From Spirochaetia bacterium (GTDB lineage Bacteria; Spirochaetota; Spirochaetia; WTKD01): a stretch of DNA of 64,000 nucleotides. Location of the stretch: assembly GCA_965243525.1 (NCBI GenBank), contig OZ251568.1, positions 1,632,588 through 1,696,587 on the forward strand, given 5' to 3'. The notes beneath the pieces are model-generated. The model saw only the letters and a program-made list of their open reading frames with translations. It was not told where the DNA came from and searched no databases. Shown here in pieces: positions 1-9,390 of the stretch (the first letter of the stretch is position 1; each line of letters begins with the position of its first letter). Both the position numbers and the translations under genes were made by a program.

Positions 1-2437
1 TATATATGTTGGAGGATTAGTAGGTTCTAATAAAGGAAGAATTGAGCGTAGTTATTCAACTGCGGAAGTAATTAGTTATGGAGATGAGGGTGGTGGACTA
101 GTGGGAATGAATTCTGGGCATATTATCAATAGTGCTGCAAGTGGGACGGTCAAAGGAATGAAAATTGTTGGTGGATTGGTGGGAAAGAATAGTGGTTCAA
201 TTGAGGATACTTATGCGATTGGAAAAGTGATGGGTGTAGGTGATCCGGCTACTCAAATAGGAGTACTAGTGGGCAAGAATTCTGAATTTGGTGACATTAG
301 GGCAAGTTATTTTGCTAGGAACTCTGCTCGACAAAACCAAGGAGTGGGACTTAATGAAAACTCTAATCTCGATCTTAACAGAAATATCACATTGTTCTAC
401 ATGACTGATAGTTTTGTATACAATAGCTTTGGATTTAGCCGCATAGGTATGACAGATGTTAATCGGATTAGACAAGATGATTTTGCCGTTTGGAACTTTG
501 GAGTTGATTCTTGGAGTTGGCTAGGTGTAGGGTATTGGCCACAGCCGAATTTTTCTTGGAGAGTACCACCTAATCCGGATTTAGTTTACGTTTTCCCTGG
601 AGAAGAAGAGGAGCCTCGTGAACTAGTGTATGGAAATGATCCACTATGGAATTTAAGATATAACCAAATGATGTTCAAGACGTCACATAATTCGTATGCG
701 CATCATTATGGGGACAATGGTTATGCAATATCAGTGATTGCACAACTTGATGCAGGAGCTCGAGGTATTGAATATGATATCTATGATAATGACTTTGGAG
801 ATAATCAGGACTATATACTTGGACATAACGTTCCAGAGACATCAGATGAATTATATGGAGTAGGTGAGATACGCTGGACCGAGGGAAATCCTAAATCTAA
901 ATTACTGTTCCCTTGGCTCAAGGTCATAGATACTTGGTCAGATGCTCATCCTGGGCATACTCCTATTACCCTCACGTTGGATCTAAAGAATGATTTAACT
1001 GATAATGAAGGCTTTGCAAATGGTGATCTCATATTCCTGAACCATCAAGTGTATAAGACTTTTGAAGAAAAGCTCTATGATCCCGTTCCTTCTCCAGAGG
1101 GAGAGGAAAATCCCTGGCCAAGACTAGGAGAACTTCAAGGAAAGATCATTGTAGTACTGAGTGGAAATAAGAAGAGTCGTCTAAGCACTGCATCTATAGA
1201 TGGGCTAAATCCCTATGGTACAATGGATGATAGCGGTAAGGTTATCATTGCCTATAAAAGTGGGGGCAGCCTATACTATTTGAGAGGACAAAAGAAAGAA
1301 AATGGAAAAATAATAACTTTTTTTAAATCAGAGATCTTTGCAAGCGGGTCTCATCCTTCTATATCTCTGAATAATAACGGAAATGTTGTTGTTACATACA
1401 GTAGGGGTGGCAATCTTTATTATCGTATTGGAGAACTAAACGATAAGCATAGTATCAGATGGGTGACACAAGAAATAGAGATCGATCTTGCTAGAGAAAG
1501 CTCTAGTGGTAATGATGTGGATTATCCCAGAGTTGCATTGAATGATACAGGGATAATTGTATTAATATATAGGAAGAACACTGGCACTTATTATAGTAAT
1601 CATTCTGGCCAAGGAGTTCCTCAGGATCCGGCGAGACCAAATGGAGGCGAAAATGATCTTAAAATAGGAAGATTACGTTTTGCTCCTGATGGTGAGCCAT
1701 CTAGCATTGAGTGGCAATCACAGAAGATCAATTTTTACAAGCACTCTTCTATGCTTCCTCATACTCTTTATTTTAAAGATATTGATGGAAACGGAAATAA
1801 ACTCTTTGGAAGCTATACTGCAGGTCGATTCGATCTTAGTGCTTATTATAGGGAGCCTGAATATCCTGACCAGGGATTTGAACTATCTCTAACGGTTACT
1901 GATAATGTTGCTCGTTACAACGAAGATATTGTCTTTGGATCTAATCTACGAAGACCAATCAATGGTTGGGGAAGCCCCACACATGATGTACGAGGAGCGC
2001 TTTCGGACAAAGGAATGTTCCGAATATTCCGCTCGGAGGAGGGAGGTAATCTTAGCTACGAAAGACATGTTTTAGATGACCCGGGAAGAAGCTGGATTAT
2101 TCCATTGCGTAAAACACCATTTCTTTTTGTTGAGGCACAGGCATCTGGAACGATGATACATAGTTCCTTAGAACCTCACCTGCATACTTACGCCAGATTT
2201 TTTGCAAGTGAGAGTTATCATAATGGGCGCGATGGTGACAACAATAGGGATAATGCTGTTCCTGGGGAGTTATTGGCCCTCCGAGCAAGTCATGAGGGGT
2301 TAGTAATACGAGATTGGAGGTTTGGTGCCTCGAATGTAGAGGAAGCCAGAGACCTGTTGCCGAATTTTCCTGCGGTGAATTATCCTGCCCCAGATTGGTA
2401 TGAAGAGATGTTTAGCGACATAGGATATATTGAATAA
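1..2437 (+). CDS. Large secreted/surface protein, paralog A, 5' partial. Has GLUG-type glycine-rich repeats, a PI-PLC-X-like phosphodiesterase domain, propeller-like repeats and a conserved C-terminal domain.
   Basis: The frame stays open upstream of the track's M at 101 back to position 2, with the same repeat (GGLVGSNKGRIERSY), so the gene runs off the 5' edge. Repeats are of the form GGLVGKNSGSIEDTY. The motif FKTSHNSY plus EYD...LGHNVP resembles the eukaryotic PLC X-box (SSHNTYL / ELDCWDG / YHGY). Three roughly 46-aa repeats carry G(N/S)LYY(R)IG. The C-terminus (HLHTYARFFAS...RDW.FG.SN...LPNFPAV.YP..DWY) is shared with the downstream paralog. Confidence 0.8.
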   Translation, partial: IYVGGLVGSNKGRIERSYSTAEVISYGDEGGGLVGMNSGHIINSAASGTVKGMKIVGGLVGKNSGSIEDTYAIGKVMGVGDPATQIGVLVGKNSEFGDIRASYFARNSARQNQGVGLNENSNLDLNRNITLFYMTDSFVYNSFGFSRIGMTDVNRIRQDDFAVWNFGVDSWSWLGVGYWPQPNFSWRVPPNPDLVYVFPGEEEEPRELVYGNDPLWNLRYNQMMFKTSHNSYAHHYGDNGYAISVIAQLDAGARGIEYDIYDNDFGDNQDYILGHNVPETSDELYGVGEIRWTEGNPKSKLLFPWLKVIDTWSDAHPGHTPITLTLDLKNDLTDNEGFANGDLIFLNHQVYKTFEEKLYDPVPSPEGEENPWPRLGELQGKIIVVLSGNKKSRLSTASIDGLNPYGTMDDSGKVIIAYKSGGSLYYLRGQKKENGKIITFFKSEIFASGSHPSISLNNNGNVVVTYSRGGNLYYRIGELNDKHSIRWVTQEIEIDLARESSSGNDVDYPRVALNDTGIIVLIYRKNTGTYYSNHSGQGVPQDPARPNGGENDLKIGRLRFAPDGEPSSIEWQSQKINFYKHSSMLPHTLYFKDIDGNGNKLFGSYTAGRFDLSAYYREPEYPDQGFELSLTVTDNVARYNEDIVFGSNLRRPINGWGSPTHDVRGALSDKGMFRIFRSEEGGNLSYERHVLDDPGRSWIIPLRKTPFLFVEAQASGTMIHSSLEPHLHTYARFFASESYHNGRDGDNNRDNAVPGELLALRASHEGLVIRDWRFGASNVEEARDLLPNFPAVNYPAPDWYEEMFSDIGYIE

Positions 2438-2483
2438 GATTGAATTCTATAGGTGAAGAAAGTGACTACCTAAACTAAATCAG

Positions 2484-2520
2484 GCCCTCTTGTAATTAAC
2501 TTACAGGAGGGTCGCTTTTT
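2484..2520 (+). terminator. Rho-independent terminator hairpin (CCCTCTTGTAA...TTACAGGAGGG) followed by a T-run. It is conserved after both paralogs.
   Basis: An inverted repeat with a 6-nt loop is followed by GTCGCTTTTT. A near-identical element lies after the second paralog at about 5583..5612. Confidence 0.55.
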
Positions 2521-2862
2521 CGACGACGGAATCGTCAATATTCAAAAGATACACAATACAGATAGAAATCGTCAGTGAGAAGCTTTGCTCTGGATAAATA
2601 GCCTTGCACGGTTATGTATTTTGAAAGAGAAGCCTACAAAAGCAAAAACCTAAAGAAGATGAATACATGTTGCCTGGTATGATCCTGGACGCAAGATGAT
2701 TATTCTGATAAAAGTAGTGATGAGAACTAAAGAGTACTATAAAAAATAACTTTTGCAGTATTCATTGTATAGTTAATTGAGAATTAAGGACCCTTATTCA
2801 TTAAGGAGTTCCTTGAGGAGAAGGAGGTATTCAAGATTTATCTTGGATGTCTAGGAGGTTAT

Positions 2863-5535
2863 ATGTTAAAAACATTAAAAAAATCGATGTATGTGCTCGT
2901 CGGTGTAGTGCTGGGTATCGCTCTTATAGGGTGTAAATCTCAGTTTTTGGTTACTTCAGGAATCAAATCTGATGTATCTGTATTTACGCGGAGTAGTCAC
3001 TCAGACGATGGGTACGTTGCAATTGCGAATGCGGATGATTTTCAACTAATACGTGATGATCTTGATGGGCATTTCGTATTATCGGCTGACATAAGATTAG
3101 AAGAAGACTTCGTTCCTATAGGAGATGCAAGTGCTCCCTTTGAGGGATCTTTTTCAGGAGATGGTCACATAATTAGTAATTTAAAGATATCGACGACACC
3201 TTATGCGGGGTTATTTGGAACAATAGGAACAAATGGAAGCGTGAATGATCTTATTCTTATCCCTGCAACAGGAACGGAAGAAAATCCAAGTATAGAAGGA
3301 AGCAACTATATAGGAACGCTTGCAGGAGTAAACTATGGAACTCTTAGAAAAATTGCAGTGGAGGGTGGAGTAGTTAGGGGATCGAATATAGTAGGAGGAC
3401 TAGTTGGAGAAAACCATGGAACGATTTCAGCTAGTTATGTCAGGGTAGGCGTTTTAGGAGTTGGAGCCTCAGCTGCTGCGGGCGGGCTTGCTGGAACGAA
3501 TTATGGGACCATAGATTCTAGTTATACGTACAATAGCTATGTGCTGTCAAATGAGGGAACAGCATATGTTGGTGGGATGGTTGGATACAACAATGGAACC
3601 ATTAAGTATAGTTATGCAGACAGTGCAGTAGGGGGAGTGTTTAGGGTTGGTAGTTTTGTTGGAAGAAATGATAGCAATGGAACCATACTAAGCAGTTATT
3701 TTGACGGAAGTCGCGGGCATCATCCTGCAATAGCAAGAGAGATAGGAACAGCAGATGTAGTTGCTTATTACACTATAGATGAAATTGTGCGTAGTTCTGA
3801 TTCTTCTGGTGGGGAGCGGATTAGAAGGGATCATTTTCGCGATTGGACTTTTGATTCTCAATCTGCTGTATGGCATTGGGTTGGGAATGGACAATGGCCT
3901 GATTTTGTGGGGCAAATTGATCCTGTCGGTCCGGTTGATTTTGCAAATTCATCATTATGGCATACTAGGACCTATGATGAGTTAGCATTTAAGGCGACGC
4001 GTGATTCGTATAGCAAGCCAATACCTGCACAACTTGATGCGGGTGTTCGGTTCATTGAATATGATATCCATGATAATGACATTGAAAACAATCATGATTA
4101 TAGTCTCGGATATGACTGGCCAGGGCAGAAAGTACACCATAATGATGGGAATCCGGGATCTAACGATCTGTTTCCTTGGCTTAGTCTCATAGACACTTGG
4201 TCAGATGCTAATCCTGAACATGCCCCCATCACCTTGTTGTTGGATTTGAGAGACAATCTGACTGATAATGGAGACTTTGCACATGGTGATCTCACATTTC
4301 TGAACTATCAACTGTATAAGGCTTTTGGAGAAAAACTCTATGTTCCTTTTGTTCCTCCAGCGGGAGTTGCAAATCCTTGGCCAAAAGCAGAAGACCTTAA
4401 AGGAAAGATCATTATAGTACTGAGTGGCCACGAAGGCACACGCGTAGAATACGTGAATACTGTGACGGGAGAACAGCCATATGGCACGATTGATGATAGT
4501 GGTAGGGTTATTATGGTATATGAAAATGGAAATAGCCTGCACTATTGGACGGGACAAAAAAGAGAAGATGGAACAGTAATATTTATAGAACGAGCAAGAT
4601 ATGGCTCTGGGGCTAATCCTTCTATATCGCTCAACAATAGAGGAGTTGTTGTAGCAACACATGAGAGCGATGGCAATCTTTATTATCGAATTGGACAATT
4701 GGAAGATGACCTGAGACTTGTGTGGCAAACAGAAGATATAGAATACCTTACGGATGCGAGTTATCCCAGAATTGGATTGAATGATGCAGGACTTGTTGTG
4801 GCAGGGTATAAGCAGTCAGCATTCTATGCTCGACCCGGAAGATTAGCTAGTGATGGACGTAGTATTGATTTCGATTCAGCGTATTTAGTTAGTGATTCCA
4901 CGGGAGTTATTCCTCTTTCTCTTTATTTTGAAACCCTTGATGGAACGAATCTATATGCATCTTATGATCTACCGAGAGAACCTGCTGAGACAGTTGCTAT
5001 GGTTTTTGAGGCTTCAACTGATGAGAACAGTGATTCTTTAGAGAACCTGGGTTCTATCGTACTTAATAAACAAGCACCAAGATCGGAATACGGAGTTTTT
5101 TATGTATTTTCTCAGGGTGGACAGTTGATGTATAAGAGGAGTATGGGACTTTTGGGAGGGCAAGAGATCTGGCGTGTTCCAATAACTAATGCGCAAGTTG
5201 CTTTTGTTGAAGCACAGAAAAACAAAGACATATTGGGTCTGTTTCCTCCAGAAGAGATACATGGATCCTTACGACCCCACCTGCATACGTATGCCAGATT
5301 TTTTGCAAGTATGAGTCTTGATAATGGAGGCCTTGATGCAATCAATACAGATAATACTATTCCTGAGAAGCTGATAGATCTTCGAAACAGGTATGGATTA
5401 GTCATACGAGATTGGAAATTTGGCGAATCGAATAGAGAGCGTTCCAGTTGGGACTTACCAAATTTTCCTGCTGTAGATTTCCCTCTATCGGATTGGTATA
5501 ACACCATGTTTGAATCTTTCGAGTATCTTGAATAA
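2863..5535 (+). CDS. Large lipoprotein, paralog B. Same architecture as paralog A (GLUG repeats, PLC-X-like domain, propeller-like repeats, C-terminal domain), but the PLC-like domain has substitutions at both predicted catalytic His positions.
   Basis: Strong RBS (GGAGGT) before the ATG. The signal peptide is MLKTLKKSMYVLVGVVLGIALIGCKS, with the lipobox LIGC. The N-terminus has an IANADDFQLIRDDLDGHFVLSADIRL...FEGSFSGDGHIISNL stretch followed by repeats of GG(L/M)VG.N.GTI..SY. The PLC-like region aligns with paralog A, but TSHNSY is replaced by ATRDSY and LGHNVP by LGYDWP. The C-terminal 120 aa are highly similar to paralog A. Confidence 0.85.
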   Translation: MLKTLKKSMYVLVGVVLGIALIGCKSQFLVTSGIKSDVSVFTRSSHSDDGYVAIANADDFQLIRDDLDGHFVLSADIRLEEDFVPIGDASAPFEGSFSGDGHIISNLKISTTPYAGLFGTIGTNGSVNDLILIPATGTEENPSIEGSNYIGTLAGVNYGTLRKIAVEGGVVRGSNIVGGLVGENHGTISASYVRVGVLGVGASAAAGGLAGTNYGTIDSSYTYNSYVLSNEGTAYVGGMVGYNNGTIKYSYADSAVGGVFRVGSFVGRNDSNGTILSSYFDGSRGHHPAIAREIGTADVVAYYTIDEIVRSSDSSGGERIRRDHFRDWTFDSQSAVWHWVGNGQWPDFVGQIDPVGPVDFANSSLWHTRTYDELAFKATRDSYSKPIPAQLDAGVRFIEYDIHDNDIENNHDYSLGYDWPGQKVHHNDGNPGSNDLFPWLSLIDTWSDANPEHAPITLLLDLRDNLTDNGDFAHGDLTFLNYQLYKAFGEKLYVPFVPPAGVANPWPKAEDLKGKIIIVLSGHEGTRVEYVNTVTGEQPYGTIDDSGRVIMVYENGNSLHYWTGQKREDGTVIFIERARYGSGANPSISLNNRGVVVATHESDGNLYYRIGQLEDDLRLVWQTEDIEYLTDASYPRIGLNDAGLVVAGYKQSAFYARPGRLASDGRSIDFDSAYLVSDSTGVIPLSLYFETLDGTNLYASYDLPREPAETVAMVFEASTDENSDSLENLGSIVLNKQAPRSEYGVFYVFSQGGQLMYKRSMGLLGGQEIWRVPITNAQVAFVEAQKNKDILGLFPPEEIHGSLRPHLHTYARFFASMSLDNGGLDAINTDNTIPEKLIDLRNRYGLVIRDWKFGESNRERSSWDLPNFPAVDFPLSDWYNTMFESFEYLE

Positions 5536-5582
5536 GGCCGAACTCTAAAGACGAAGAAGGTGATTACCTAAACTAGACCAGG

Positions 5583-5612
5583 CCCTCTTGTAATTAGCTT
5601 ACAAGGGGGCCA
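5583..5612 (+). terminator. Rho-independent terminator hairpin (CCCTCTTGTAA...TTACAAGGGGG), the duplicated copy of the element at 2484.
   Basis: The inverted repeat and the preceding 20 nt (TACCTAAACTA.A.CAGGCCCTCTTGTAATTA) are nearly identical to the region after paralog A. Confidence 0.5.
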
Positions 5613-5873
5613 TTCTTAAAAGATAGAAACTTGAGAACTGCTGATTCAGGGAAGAACTGCAAGGGTAATAAATTTAATTTCAAAAGAGCATGTATGTAAA
5701 CAAGCAAGCTATCATTGACCCACGTTAATAGGTCTTGTCGATAAAGTTTTTACAAAATAGAATCTCCACCTTTAAGAATTTCTATAATAAGAATTTCATA
5801 TAATATGACAGTGTTTACGTAAAACTAAAATTTTTATTGACAGATTTTTAGAAAATTGGGATTATTGTGAAAT

Positions 5874-6584
5874 ATGCATTTATACATTCTTCGTCACGCA
5901 GACCCTTGTTATGACCCTGATAGTCTAACTGAAATTGGACATCAAGAGGCTAAAGTCCTTGCAAAGAGGTTGAAAAATCTCAACGTAAACTATGTTTATT
6001 CTTCGCCGATGACTCGGGCAAAGCAAACGGCAAACTATACTGCAGAATTGCAGGATCTTGAAATCATTGAGAAGCCTTGGTTAAAAGAGTTATCACATGT
6101 GCAAATTCAGCAGGATAACAAAAGTTATGCTATTTGGGATACCTATGGCGAAACAGTGCGAAATACGATACCACTTCCTGACCACAGTGACTGGTTCAAA
6201 CGCGATCCTTTTGATAAAACGAAGATAGAGGTCTTATGGGAAGAATTCCGTGCCCAAGCTGATATGTTTATCTCGGCACATGGCTATACACGTGTTGATG
6301 GACGATATCGCATAGATCGTTCTAACGATGACCGTATAGCCATATTTTGTCATAATGGGACCTTACTTTTTTTGCTAGCTCATCTTTTGGAAATTCCTCC
6401 TTCGTTGGCTTGGTCTGGTTTTTTCTGTTGGCCAAGTTCCCTCACCGACATTTATTTTGATGAGCGATCACCACAATGGGCAGTTCCAAGAGCGTTGCAT
6501 GTTTCTGATGTTTCACATTTGATTGCAGCGGGTATGAAACCACAGGCGCGGGGTATGGGAGATCGATGTGATGAATACTATTAA
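5874..6584 (+). CDS. Histidine phosphatase family protein (phosphoglycerate-mutase-like / SixA-like).
   Basis: N-terminal LYILRHAD (RHG-type catalytic motif) and overall size. An upstream TTGACA-17-GATTAT box ends about 8 nt before the ATG, so the transcript may be leaderless. Confidence 0.7.
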   Translation: MHLYILRHADPCYDPDSLTEIGHQEAKVLAKRLKNLNVNYVYSSPMTRAKQTANYTAELQDLEIIEKPWLKELSHVQIQQDNKSYAIWDTYGETVRNTIPLPDHSDWFKRDPFDKTKIEVLWEEFRAQADMFISAHGYTRVDGRYRIDRSNDDRIAIFCHNGTLLFLLAHLLEIPPSLAWSGFFCWPSSLTDIYFDERSPQWAVPRALHVSDVSHLIAAGMKPQARGMGDRCDEYY

Positions 6585-6813
6585 TTTCGAGCGGAAAGAA
6601 ATTTAGATATTCTCCTAAAAAGGCAGGGCGAGTAAGATTGTATCTTGCTGGGGAGAGTATTGTTATTTCTACGTATGATATTTATCAGAAGATAAGATTC
6701 TCATTCGTATGATCTAGTTTTTGAGGGTATTGTTTGATCTCTACAGGATACCTGCGGAAAATGAACAATGAACTGGACCCGGCACATAATTATGGACTAT
6801 TCTTCAGATTAAT

Positions 6814-6842
6814 TTGATCAATAAATTGATACTAGCTATACT
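6814..6842 (+). promoter_or_regulatory. Sigma70-like promoter (TTGATC-17-TATACT) for the CUT2 transporter operon, overlapped by a perfect palindrome ATCAAT-AA-ATTGAT.
   Basis: The -35/-10 hexamers have 17-nt spacing. An AGGAGG RBS lies at 6853..6858 and the ATG at 6866. Confidence 0.35.
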
Positions 6843-6865
6843 GAAGCATACTAGGAGGTATTTCA

Positions 6866-7855
6866 ATGAAGAAAATTTTTTCTTACGTGATGCTTTTTGT
6901 CCTTGTTTCCAGTTTTTCCGTCTTTGCTGTGGGAACTGCTGAGGAAAAGGATGATACGTACGAAGTGGTGTTCATCCCCAAACTTGTAGGAATTCCATGG
7001 TTTACTGCAATGGAAAATGGGTTTAAGGATTTTGCATCTGAAGATGGCGGTCTGAAGATATCAGTAGTCGGAGCTCCTGATACCGATCCTGCTGCTCAGG
7101 CGAGAATACTTGAAGATGCGATAGCTCAGGAACCAGATGCTATTGTCGTTGTTCCCAACGATACAAAGGTGCTTGAACCAATCCTTGCACGTGGACGAGA
7201 AGCAGGCATCTTTATGGCAACGCAAGAAGCTCCGAATGTGCAGAATGTTGATCTCGATATTGAGTTTCTCATTGCAGAGCGCTATGGCGCTGACATGATG
7301 GAACTTTTTGTTCGTGAGGCAGGCACAAAGGGTGGTTATGCTATCATGGTCGGGGGACTCACGGTAACTTCACATAATCAGCGCGCTGATATGGGTGTTG
7401 TGCACCAGGAGGCGAATTACCCAGATCTGTATCAAGTCACCAGTCGACTTGAAGGGTCAGAAAGTGTCGAAGAAGCACAGGATCGCACCCTGGAGCTCAT
7501 TACGGCATATGATGATCTTGTAGGTCTTATCTACATTGGTAGTCTTGGTGCTATTGGTGGAGCTCAAGCAATTACATCCCTGAACAGAGACGACATTGCT
7601 ATCGTAGGTGGATCTGTTCCCAGTCAGGCAAAATCCTATCTTGCAGAGGGAACCATCAACGCAAATTACATCAGTAATCCATATAGGATTGGTCGTGATT
7701 CTGCGTATATCGTGAAACATTTTCTCGATGGAGGAAGCTTTGCTAATGTTGGTGATCTTCCAGAATACGGCGTTCCACAAATTGATGGGTCTGTTATCAC
7801 CTTTCATGCACCCTCTGAAGTAACAGCAGAAAATGCTGATGACTTTGGATTTTAG
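6866..7855 (+). CDS. Sugar ABC transporter periplasmic substrate-binding protein (CUT2 / RbsB-like family).
   Basis: Signal peptide, periplasmic-binding-protein type I fold hallmarks (VVFIPKLVGIPWF...DAIVVVPND). It is followed by a duplicated-ATPase ABC protein and two RbsC-like permeases. Confidence 0.85.
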   Translation: MKKIFSYVMLFVLVSSFSVFAVGTAEEKDDTYEVVFIPKLVGIPWFTAMENGFKDFASEDGGLKISVVGAPDTDPAAQARILEDAIAQEPDAIVVVPNDTKVLEPILARGREAGIFMATQEAPNVQNVDLDIEFLIAERYGADMMELFVREAGTKGGYAIMVGGLTVTSHNQRADMGVVHQEANYPDLYQVTSRLEGSESVEEAQDRTLELITAYDDLVGLIYIGSLGAIGGAQAITSLNRDDIAIVGGSVPSQAKSYLAEGTINANYISNPYRIGRDSAYIVKHFLDGGSFANVGDLPEYGVPQIDGSVITFHAPSEVTAENADDFGF

Positions 7856-7870
7856 ATAGAGCAGCTAATC

Positions 7871-9385
7871 GTGCATACACCTAATACAGCGCAAGATTCT
7901 CATCTTCTTTGTTTTCGAACGATTACCAAGCTGTATCAAGGGGTATGCGCACTTGATGCGGTGGATTTTTCTCTAGAGAAGGGGGAAATTCACTGCCTTG
8001 TAGGGGAAAACGGTTCAGGCAAATCGACACTGATCAAAATTATTTCAGGAGTTGTCTTGCCTGAGCCGGGGGCTAAAATGCGGCTTGCGGGACAGGATAT
8101 GTACACTATGGATACGCATGCATTACTGCAAGCCGGTGTGCGGGTTATCTATCAAGACCTGGCACTCTTTCCAAACTTAACTGTAAAAGAAAACATAGCT
8201 TTTGGAATCCACAGCGATTCACCAGGGTCCTTTGTAAATTGGGCCATGCTTGCTGACCGGGCACGTGAGGCGATGCAACTCATTGGGCTTGAACTCGACA
8301 TAGAACGGAATATTTCAAGTCTTTCGATTGCTGAACAACAACAGGTTGAAATTGCCCGGGCGCTCACCGGAAATCTGCAGCTGTTGATCTTGGATGAACC
8401 TACGGCCTCGCTTACGCGCTCAGAGGTTGAAAAGCTTTTTTCTACGATACGAATCCTGCAAAAGAAGGGCATCACCACCCTGTTTGTAAGTCATAAATTG
8501 AATGAGATTTTTGAAATAGCAGAACGAGTAACGGTGTTGAGGGATGGAAAGAACATAGGGATTTTTTCTCCTGCTGAGCTAAGCCATGAGAAACTCATCT
8601 ATTTGATGACTGGAGAGAGTTTTTCTTCACATCCACCGGACCCTCTTTCGATGAGTACAAAAGAAATGTTGCGTGTTGAGCATCTTTCACTGGAGAGAAA
8701 TTACAAAGATGTCTCTTTTGTACTGAAAGAAGGTGAAATACTTGGTATAACAGGTCGCCTTGGTTCTGGACGAACGGAGCTTGCACTCAGTTTGTTTGGT
8801 ATGCATCCGGCTGAGTCTGGTGCAATTTTTTTGTCTGGATCGCCTTTAAAAATCAAAAACAATGCAACTGCGATCAAGGCAGGGATCGCCTATGTCCCGG
8901 AAAATAGGTTATTGCAGGGATTGGTGATGTCTCAATCCATTTCTTCAAACATGAGTATTACGGTGTTGCCACAACTCCTGAATAAAGTTGGCCTGCTCGA
9001 TGCAGACAAAACAGAGAAACTTGGCAGGACATGGGTGGAGAAATTCTCGATAAAAATATCGAATCTTATGGCGGCTGTGAAAACTCTGTCGGGTGGCAAT
9101 CAGCAAAAAGTGGTGCTTTCAAAATGGTTAGCGCGGAACCCTAAGATACTTATTCTGGACGAACCCACCGTGGGAATCGATGTTTTTGCGAAGAACAGCG
9201 TGCATACCTTCATCAAGGACCTTGCAGCCGGCGGTATGAGCATCCTACTCATTTCAGATGAAGTACAAGAAGTGCTTTCAAATTGTCATCGGGTGCTTGT
9301 TATGGATGGAGGGCGTATCGTTGATGAGGTGTTTCCTGGCCCAGAAGCTGAAACACAATTATTCGAACGGTTTAATTTGGCATAG
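7871..9385 (+). CDS. Sugar ABC transporter ATP-binding protein with two tandem ABC domains (RbsA/MglA-like).
   Basis: Two Walker A motifs (GENGSGKST, GRLGSGRTE), signature LSGGNQQKV, Walker B ILDEPT. Apparent GTG start. Confidence 0.9.
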   Translation: MHTPNTAQDSHLLCFRTITKLYQGVCALDAVDFSLEKGEIHCLVGENGSGKSTLIKIISGVVLPEPGAKMRLAGQDMYTMDTHALLQAGVRVIYQDLALFPNLTVKENIAFGIHSDSPGSFVNWAMLADRAREAMQLIGLELDIERNISSLSIAEQQQVEIARALTGNLQLLILDEPTASLTRSEVEKLFSTIRILQKKGITTLFVSHKLNEIFEIAERVTVLRDGKNIGIFSPAELSHEKLIYLMTGESFSSHPPDPLSMSTKEMLRVEHLSLERNYKDVSFVLKEGEILGITGRLGSGRTELALSLFGMHPAESGAIFLSGSPLKIKNNATAIKAGIAYVPENRLLQGLVMSQSISSNMSITVLPQLLNKVGLLDADKTEKLGRTWVEKFSIKISNLMAAVKTLSGGNQQKVVLSKWLARNPKILILDEPTVGIDVFAKNSVHTFIKDLAAGGMSILLISDEVQEVLSNCHRVLVMDGGRIVDEVFPGPEAETQLFERFNLA

Positions 9386-9390
9386 TGTAT

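Noticed and set aside
1-2437. The idea that the first gene is an IgA1-protease-type enzyme (GLUG repeats occur in those).
   Set aside because: No peptidase motif or domain is visible. The domain architecture is GLUG plus a PLC-like phosphodiesterase plus a propeller.
4201-4728. A 175-aa minus-strand ORF and several shorter ORFs inside the second GLUG/PLC-like gene.
   Set aside because: It is fully antisense to a well-supported 890-aa gene. It has low-complexity, Cys-rich composition and no RBS, so it is a typical frame artefact.
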